Source: Pseudobacteriovorax sp. (GTDB lineage Bacteria > Bdellovibrionota_B > Oligoflexia > Oligoflexales > Oligoflexaceae). From it: a stretch of DNA of 12,510 nt. The stretch covers positions 1 through 12,510 of the forward strand of contig JBNKNM010000167.1 of the NCBI GenBank assembly GCA_050293845.1, in the 5' to 3' direction. This document shows, in pieces, positions 7,358 through 12,510 of this stretch. The notes under the pieces are model-generated. The model was not told the DNA's origin, did not search any database, and worked only from the letters and a program-made list of their open reading frames with translations. The translations under genes and the position numbers were made by a program. Each line of letters opens with the position of its first letter. Position 1 is the first letter of the stretch.

Positions 7358-8290
7358 ATGGACAACCAGTCTCAATACACGGAAGAGGGTGTCGCTGGCA
7401 CTCTTTTTATCAAAGATGTTGATAGGATAGACTGCGCAACTTTTGAGCCCAACCAAGGTGTAACGGGGAAGTCATGGTATGTCGATATCTACGTGACTGG
7501 CATCCTTGACAGCAACGGTTTTGTCCACGACTTTAGCTTATTAAAAAAGCTCGTTAAAAATGTCCTGAAGTCCACCATCGACCACTCGCTGCTCATTCCC
7601 ATCCAGTCAAAACAAGTGGCCTATGAAACGGAAAACCTTAGCGAATTATGGACTTTAAATGCTAAAGCGCGGTTATCAGGGGTCGACTCTACCTGGGTCT
7701 ACAAATGCCCTAAAGGAGCTGTATATCCCGTAAGGTGCGTAAAAATAAGCCGCGAGATCCTGGAGCAGGAATGCCGCAAACTCATCCGCCACCGATTACC
7801 AGAGGATGTCCATGACGTAAAGGTAGTGCTGCGCAAAGAAGGTGGTAAGAAAGACGACTCCTTCTTTCGATATACCCACGGCATTACAGGCCACGAGGGT
7901 TTATGCCAGCGGCTTTTTCACGGCCATCGCAGTTTAATCGAAGTTTATGTAGCTGATGAGCAACGTCCCGATATAGAGCGGTATATTGCCCATGATCTAT
8001 TTGGATCGATCATCCACATCGCTTCTTTGGACCAGGTTATAAAAGGTGAGTCTGCATTGGGGGTGAGTAAGGATTCTAAGGAATCCACGACACTCAGTTA
8101 CGAAGGGACCCATGGCTACTTTGAGGCTACCATTCCCACAAATAGGATATTTTTTGTTTCCCATTTTACCAGTATCGAGTGTATTGCCCGAGAAATAGCA
8201 GATCATATCATCGAGAAATTTAATCTAAGGGCAAACGTGCGGGTGGTCTGCTACGAAGGGATCGGCAAGGGTGCTGTCGCCGAGGGCTGA
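7358..8290 (+). CDS. double-length 6-pyruvoyl/6-carboxy-tetrahydropterin synthase (QueD/PTPS)-like protein
   Basis: Likely start ATG 7358 (GAGGGT RBS), giving 310 aa. The N-half has PTPS-like GFVHDFSLLKK...IDHSLL; the C-half has YTHG...CQRLFHGHRS, TSIECIA and terminal YEGIGKGA. Confidence 0.8.
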   Translation: MDNQSQYTEEGVAGTLFIKDVDRIDCATFEPNQGVTGKSWYVDIYVTGILDSNGFVHDFSLLKKLVKNVLKSTIDHSLLIPIQSKQVAYETENLSELWTLNAKARLSGVDSTWVYKCPKGAVYPVRCVKISREILEQECRKLIRHRLPEDVHDVKVVLRKEGGKKDDSFFRYTHGITGHEGLCQRLFHGHRSLIEVYVADEQRPDIERYIAHDLFGSIIHIASLDQVIKGESALGVSKDSKESTTLSYEGTHGYFEATIPTNRIFFVSHFTSIECIAREIADHIIEKFNLRANVRVVCYEGIGKGAVAEG

Positions 8291-8896
8291 GGGCCTCCTG
8301 CTTTGATAATAGGATCTGACACTATTAAGAAACCAATGCCGCAAGTCCTCAACTCCCTGACTCATAAATGACTCGGGGTGATACTGTACCCCCACAGCTG
8401 GCCAGTTGAAATCCCTGACATATTCGACCATTTCAACCTCTCCCCACTGGTTGAGCATTGTTATACATTTGCGAAGAGATCGCGGTAGTTCGACCACAAG
8501 GGAGTTGTAACTAGCTACCTTAACAATACTTTTAGCAGGAAAAACCAAGCCATGGGACTCTTGATGCAGCTTACGGGTGGCTCCATGAAAGGGATGTTTA
8601 GACTGCTTTAAAGTCGCACCTTGGACACAAGCTAAAATTTGGTGGCCCAGGCAAACCCCTAATATAGGTGCTTTTCCCAGCATATCATTCACCAGATCCC
8701 ACGTGATAGTAGCGTCTTGCGGTGTCTTCGGACCTGGTGATAACACCAGTGGTAGCTGCTGATCAGCTACGGCCCGCATAGCAGTAAAATCATCAAAGTA
8801 TACATGACGTATCTTATAAACTCCTGGATTATAGTCTAACCAATCTAGGAGATTAAAACTAAAGCTGTCATAATGATCTATAAGTGCAAATTCCAT
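8225..8896 (-). CDS. aminodeoxychorismate/anthranilate synthase component II (PabA/TrpG class I glutamine amidotransferase)
   Basis: IDHYDSFSFNL, LSPGPKTP, GVCLGHQ (catalytic Cys), FHG and GVQYHPES (His/Glu of the triad). pabA and trpG cannot be told apart from sequence alone. Confidence 0.93.
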   Translation of the reverse strand: MEFALIDHYDSFSFNLLDWLDYNPGVYKIRHVYFDDFTAMRAVADQQLPLVLSPGPKTPQDATITWDLVNDMLGKAPILGVCLGHQILACVQGATLKQSKHPFHGATRKLHQESHGLVFPAKSIVKVASYNSLVVELPRSLRKCITMLNQWGEVEMVEYVRDFNWPAVGVQYHPESFMSQGVEDLRHWFLNSVRSYYQSRRPSALGDSTLADPFVADHPHVCP

Positions 8897-8950
8897 AAGG
8901 CTAAGTTCCCTAGCTCGTTAGCGCCTAAATAGCAAATGGAGACACATAAC

Positions 8951-9664
8951 ATGATAAAAATATTGTATATTCTAACCTTCCTAGGAATAGCTTCCCCCAA
9001 CCTTGCCGCGCCTGCTCTACAACCTCTTTTAGCTCTTAACCATTATAATCCCTTGGAGCCAGCTTATTCCCGTGGTGCTATGGCATTTAATATGGGAATA
9101 GGCTTTGAGGAGCTGCAGTGGTCCGCAAACCCCATAGCCAACCACCAGCTACATCTGGGCAGTGAGAAAAACAGCGCTTCTATCAGTCTTTATAATGCCT
9201 TCCTCAATTTAGGAACCCGTTGGCCTGTGGATTTTGGGCTTATATTCTCTCAAATCGGTCAAAATTCCGGTACTCGCCTCGGAGGACATATCCAATGGAC
9301 CATATATCAAGGTTTTCGTCTCCCCTCCATTGCTATTAGAGCCCATGGCAGTCAAATAATGGGGCTCGACTCGATTGCTGTTGAGGGCTTAGGAGCTTCC
9401 CTAGCTATGGATTACTCCCTTTTACGCTATTTTACTTTTACCGGATGTCTGTCCCTGCAGCGCGATACCATAACTTATGCTTTGTCTGGAAATCCCAGCT
9501 TTCAACTTGGTCCTGAAGATACCAAAGAGTCCTATATTTCTAGCTCTAGAACCGTGGGCCTTACTATAACTTTGGTGCCAGGTGCATTAGAAGTTTCTAT
9601 TTTTGAGGAGTATTTTGAAGACATGGAAAAACGATATTTAGCGAAAATCCACTTTGGATTTTAG
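8951..9664 (+). CDS. secreted protein, probable outer-membrane beta-barrel
   Basis: Likely start ATG 8951 (GGAGA RBS 8 nt upstream), signal peptide MIKILYILTFLGIASPNLA, alternating hydrophobic strands, and C-terminus YLAKIHFGF with the terminal Phe typical of a BAM signal. Confidence 0.7.
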   Translation: MIKILYILTFLGIASPNLAAPALQPLLALNHYNPLEPAYSRGAMAFNMGIGFEELQWSANPIANHQLHLGSEKNSASISLYNAFLNLGTRWPVDFGLIFSQIGQNSGTRLGGHIQWTIYQGFRLPSIAIRAHGSQIMGLDSIAVEGLGASLAMDYSLLRYFTFTGCLSLQRDTITYALSGNPSFQLGPEDTKESYISSSRTVGLTITLVPGALEVSIFEEYFEDMEKRYLAKIHFGF

Positions 9665-9665
9665 A

Positions 9666-10200
9666 TTACGAATACAATAAACCCAACATGAATCGCATTG
9701 GCAAGGACATCTCGAACCCATCTTTGAGCAACTGAATGTTTATCTCAATTTTCCTACTTAAGGAGCTTGAATAATTTGCTCTCCCTATTGCTTTCATTTC
9801 GAGTAAAAACAATTTTTTGGCGATTTCCCAGCGATTTTTGAGTTGATTTTTTTTAGGCTAAGATAGCCTTCGATTTTTTCATCTAATGCATATTTATCGA
9901 TTAAGCTTTTTTGTATTTTTCTAAGACTAGATTTTTAGTTGTTCGCTCTTCATGAGAAAATTCTTGTATCTCCTTTGCTGAATCTTGAAGATTCTAATGC
10001 TATTTAGTAGCTGTTGCTTTTCTATATCGAACTGTTGTTTAGATATTTCAAGTCTCTGCGTGGTGAAAGCTGATTGTACTAGCATTGTTTTCCTGCGGTT
10101 AGTACTTGAAAGTGAATCCTTAAGTTTCCAGGACAAACTCACATAGCCATAATATAAAGATCATTTCCTTTCCACATATAATCTTCAGATAGACCACCAA
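9666..10200 (-). pseudogene. degraded TolC-family outer-membrane efflux protein, C-terminal part
   Basis: Joining frames by hand gives YYGYVSLSWKL...RLEISKQQFDIEKQQLLNSI / NLQDSAKEIQE...LVLEKYKK / LIDKYALDEKIEGYLSLKK / KNRWEIAKKLFLLEMKAIG. This follows the OEP repeat pattern (beta strand, long helices, Y-x-x-G-L, L-x-K-A-(L/I)-G). At least three frameshifts, near 9993, 9907 and 9850. Confidence 0.55.
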
Positions 10201-10308
10201 CTAATTATGTATCGCTTTCCATTTCAAATAGAGTAGAATTATAAGCTAGAAGCCACCTGCCAAATGCTTCCAGAACGCGAGGCGAGAGGATCGAATCTAT
10301 CCATTTCC

Positions 10309-10389
10309 TGGGCACGATACAATGCTGTACGTAGCTTGGTCTTAGTATAGGGAAACACCTATTCCCATGGGCACGCTGATAATACTGTA
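10309..10389. repeat. imperfect direct repeat, two copies about 60 bp apart
   Basis: TGGGCACG-atac-AATGCTGTA (10309-10329) and TGGGCACG-ctgat-AATACTGTA (10368-10389). Confidence 0.45.
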
Positions 10390-10486
10390 AATATCAAGCA
10401 ACCTATGAGCCAATTCATATGGATCATTCCTCCGCTGATTTTTTTATATCAAAATTAAGAATTTTAATTAGGTACTGAAATATCAT
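10359..10486 (-). other. two tiny coupled ORFs with strong RBSs (20 aa and 19-22 aa)
   Basis: AAGGAGGAGGTG precedes ATG 10486 (MIFQYLIKILNFDIKKSAEE, stop ending 10424). An ATGA overlap at 10427 and a GGAGG RBS lead to (MIH)MNWLIGCLIFTVLSACPWE, stop ending 10359. Confidence 0.3.
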
Positions 10487-10530
10487 CTTTCCACCACCTC
10501 CTCCTTTAAAAGGTAAATTCCTTTGAATTT

Positions 10531-11521
10531 TTAGAAAACTGACCATCTTATTTCTCTCGATACTATTTCTTGTAGATAAAGTGCTAGTCCCGCAGATCCA
10601 GTGAATAATCCATTCTCTGATTTACTATCCCAACTATCAATTGCATGCATAGCGAATTTTCTGGAGTACATCAACCATTCATCATCACCAGATGCCAAAT
10701 ATAGTTTAAGAAGTGCGAATCCTGAACCAGCATTACCATGACAGATACAATTACCTTTTACTAAAGGGCCGGCATCAAATATAAGTTTTGCAGCTTTAGA
10801 AACAATTTTTTTAATCTCAGGGCTTTTCTTTAGAAGATTAGCTTGGGACAGACCGACGACCAAACCGGTTGCTCCATGACAATATTGTACAAAGTAGTCG
10901 CATCTATCGGCGCGAGGCTGGAGATTATAGTACAACTCGCTATTGTCACATTTTGATAAAAATTTGAAAGTTCTTTCAATTATTTGAACTTCACTTTCAG
11001 TCCATTTAAAATAGTCACAACCCTCCAATAAAACAGAAATATTACCTAATGCACCGTGAAAATAACCGGTATAAACATAGTCTCCTATATCCCAGTGTTG
11101 TGTCCATGTTCTTTTCCACAATTTTCTTTATAGATTCGATAACTGACATATCTTTTGTTATCAGGTACTTTACAAATAAAACTCCTACTTCTCCGAAATA
11201 GAGTGAATCTCTTAGTTTATCCGTTGCATTGCTTTCGAGATATCGGTTATGTACTTGCTCAGAAATCCATTTAAAGTCAACAGAAACCTCTTTAGTAAAG
11301 CCTATATTTCGCAGAATAAGTAAGCTCAAAAGGACACCGGCATCACCAGCATATAATGAAGTTGCACTGGTAGGATTTTTATGAAGCCTATATTTGGCAA
11401 CTAAATCAAAACTAAGCTTAAATACTAGAGTATCTATAAAGTTCGATATTTTTTCAGAATTCCATTCTAAATTTTGCACAAATCGTCTATGTTTGGACTT
11501 ATTAAACTTCAATGTTTTCAT
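10531..11521 (-). pseudogene. lanthionine synthetase C-like (LanC/LanCL) protein, frameshifted
   Basis: Two overlapping ORFs (11042-11521 and 10531-11121) carry successive LanC GxxG repeats: SLYAGDAG, SLYFGEVG | GYFHGALG, QYCHGATG, ICHGNAG, GLFTGSAG. The frame switch is near 11110. Confidence 0.85.
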
Positions 11522-12104
11522 TGAAAAACCTTTTCAAAATCTAATAGATTTGGATTCGTAATATAGGGTAAGTCTTTCAATTCAACTTTATGTATATACA
11601 AAATTGGTACTTTCGCTTGTAATATAAGAACATGCCGTGCATCATCTTCATATTCAGACAGAATCCGCCTATCAAATCTCTTCTTGTTTTAGGAGTCGTA
11701 GAACTATTGTCTATATACTTTTAAAGTATGGTTTAAAGCTGCTTAGCCACCCATTAAATGGGTATAGATAGCTGTCTGGACGATAGACGAAGCGCATAAG
11801 TTCATATAATCCTGAATCTCGTCTCTTTTTATATTCACTTTTGCTTAGAGCTTTTTACTTCTAATAAACGCTCTTCACTAATTCCACTGCTACTAGTAAA
11901 TAGTATTCCTAAGCGAAATTACTCGACATCAATACTTCCTCCTGGCCCTCCTAAAGAACTCATATGTATATCTGGAAATTCGTAACATATGAACAAATCG
12001 AATAGTCGCTTGTATTCTTCTTTTACGTTTGCTCCATTATTGTTCTCAATATGATTGAGACATTCTGAGCATCGATCAAAAAGCTTCAAGGGTTCCCACC
12101 ATAA
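11518..12104 (-). pseudogene. degraded CDS upstream of the LanC-like gene, possibly the C-terminus of a family-5 solute-binding protein
   Basis: Protein-like fragments EEYKRLFDLFICYEFPD...(TAA 11921-11919)...SEERLLEVK / ALSKSEYKKRRDSGLYELMRF...YFK / KKRFDRRILSEYEDDARHVLILQAKVPILYIHK...FEKVFQ*. The final TGA overlaps the lanC ATG (ATGA). The family assignment is tentative. Confidence 0.45.
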
Positions 12105-12134
12105 CTACCCAGAAGTTTAACTTTTTCTAATACT

Positions 12135-12510
12135 CTAAATCTCAATACCTTTTTCCTCAATAAGGCGTATCATCGCTTTAGAAACTATCAGACGGAATCG
12201 TCTTAGGTGAGACAATACTGTATTTTGATTTAGCTCTAAAGCTTCACTTATTTCTTTCACCGATTTATTTTTTAAGTAGAAAAGTTTGGCGACTTTTGCG
12301 CGTGGTCCTTCCTTGTGATTTTCAATTAGCTCTGTTAATAACTGTAGAGAATATTCTAAACGCACTGAATCCATGATATCATCAGCGACAAGGACGACTT
12401 CCGAAGCGCCTTTTTCTCCTTTAAAAATATCTGTTGCCGAAATACTGATAATATTTTTTCGCTCTCTGATTTCATTAATACATCTATTGCGAGCAATAGT
12501 TTTCAACCAG
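12135..12510 (-). CDS. ECF-type RNA polymerase sigma-70 factor, 3' part (5' end is outside the window)
   Basis: The frame is open to the window edge. WLKTIARNRCINEIR matches the end of region 2, and KLFYLKNKSVKEISEALELNQNTVLSHLRR matches the region 4 HTH. Confidence 0.88.
   Translation of the reverse strand, partial: WLKTIARNRCINEIRERKNIISISATDIFKGEKGASEVVLVADDIMDSVRLEYSLQLLTELIENHKEGPRAKVAKLFYLKNKSVKEISEALELNQNTVLSHLRRFRLIVSKAMIRLIEEKGIEI

Noticed and set aside
3578..8206. Short ORFs 3578-3892, 4054-4341, 5727-5912, 6394-6609, 6645-6848, 6697-6999, 7699-7884 and 7997-8206
   Set aside because: All are nested within or antisense to well-supported genes and have no recognisable features.
9855..9869. 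AGGCTA-AGA-TAGCCT hairpin as a terminator
   Set aside because: Weak 6-bp stem inside the coding remnant, about 190 nt from the barrel gene stop.
9927..10142. 71-aa ORF as an independent gene
   Set aside because: Better explained as one frame of the TolC-family remnant, since the similarity extends on both sides in other frames.
10309..10389. CRISPR array
   Set aside because: Only two short imperfect copies, and no cas genes.
10531..11521. Functional lanthipeptide biosynthetic cluster
   Set aside because: There is no dehydratase or convincing leader-core precursor in the window, and the LanC-like gene and its neighbours are disrupted.
12044..12060. TCTCAAT-ATG-ATTGAGA inverted repeat downstream of the sigma gene
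   Set aside because: AT-rich stem without a U-tract and lying within remnant coding sequence; it cannot be supported as a terminator or operator.

Overview
Bacterial chromosomal window. The left edge holds the 5' end of a 16S rRNA gene (minus strand, running out of the window) with its boxA and sigma70 promoter. Next come a lipoprotein with a contracted CxCH heme-like motif behind a sigma28-type promoter, and a convergent three-gene unit, also behind a sigma28-type promoter, in which cheY sits between two paralogous helical proteins that each carry a CheZ-type DxxxQ motif. The middle is intact housekeeping DNA: a SWIM-finger Snf2 helicase, gltX, a double-length QueD/PTPS-like protein, a PabA/TrpG amidotransferase and a probable outer-membrane barrel. 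From about 9666 to 12104 lies an AT-richer, decayed minus-strand operon: a possible solute-binding protein remnant, a frameshifted LanC-like gene, two tiny coupled ORFs and a TolC-family remnant. The window ends in the 3' part of an ECF sigma factor. The gene style suggests Bdellovibrionota/Oligoflexia, but this is a weak inference. The most interesting items are the double CheZ-like/cheY module, the CxCH lipoprotein and the LanC-like/TolC relic.
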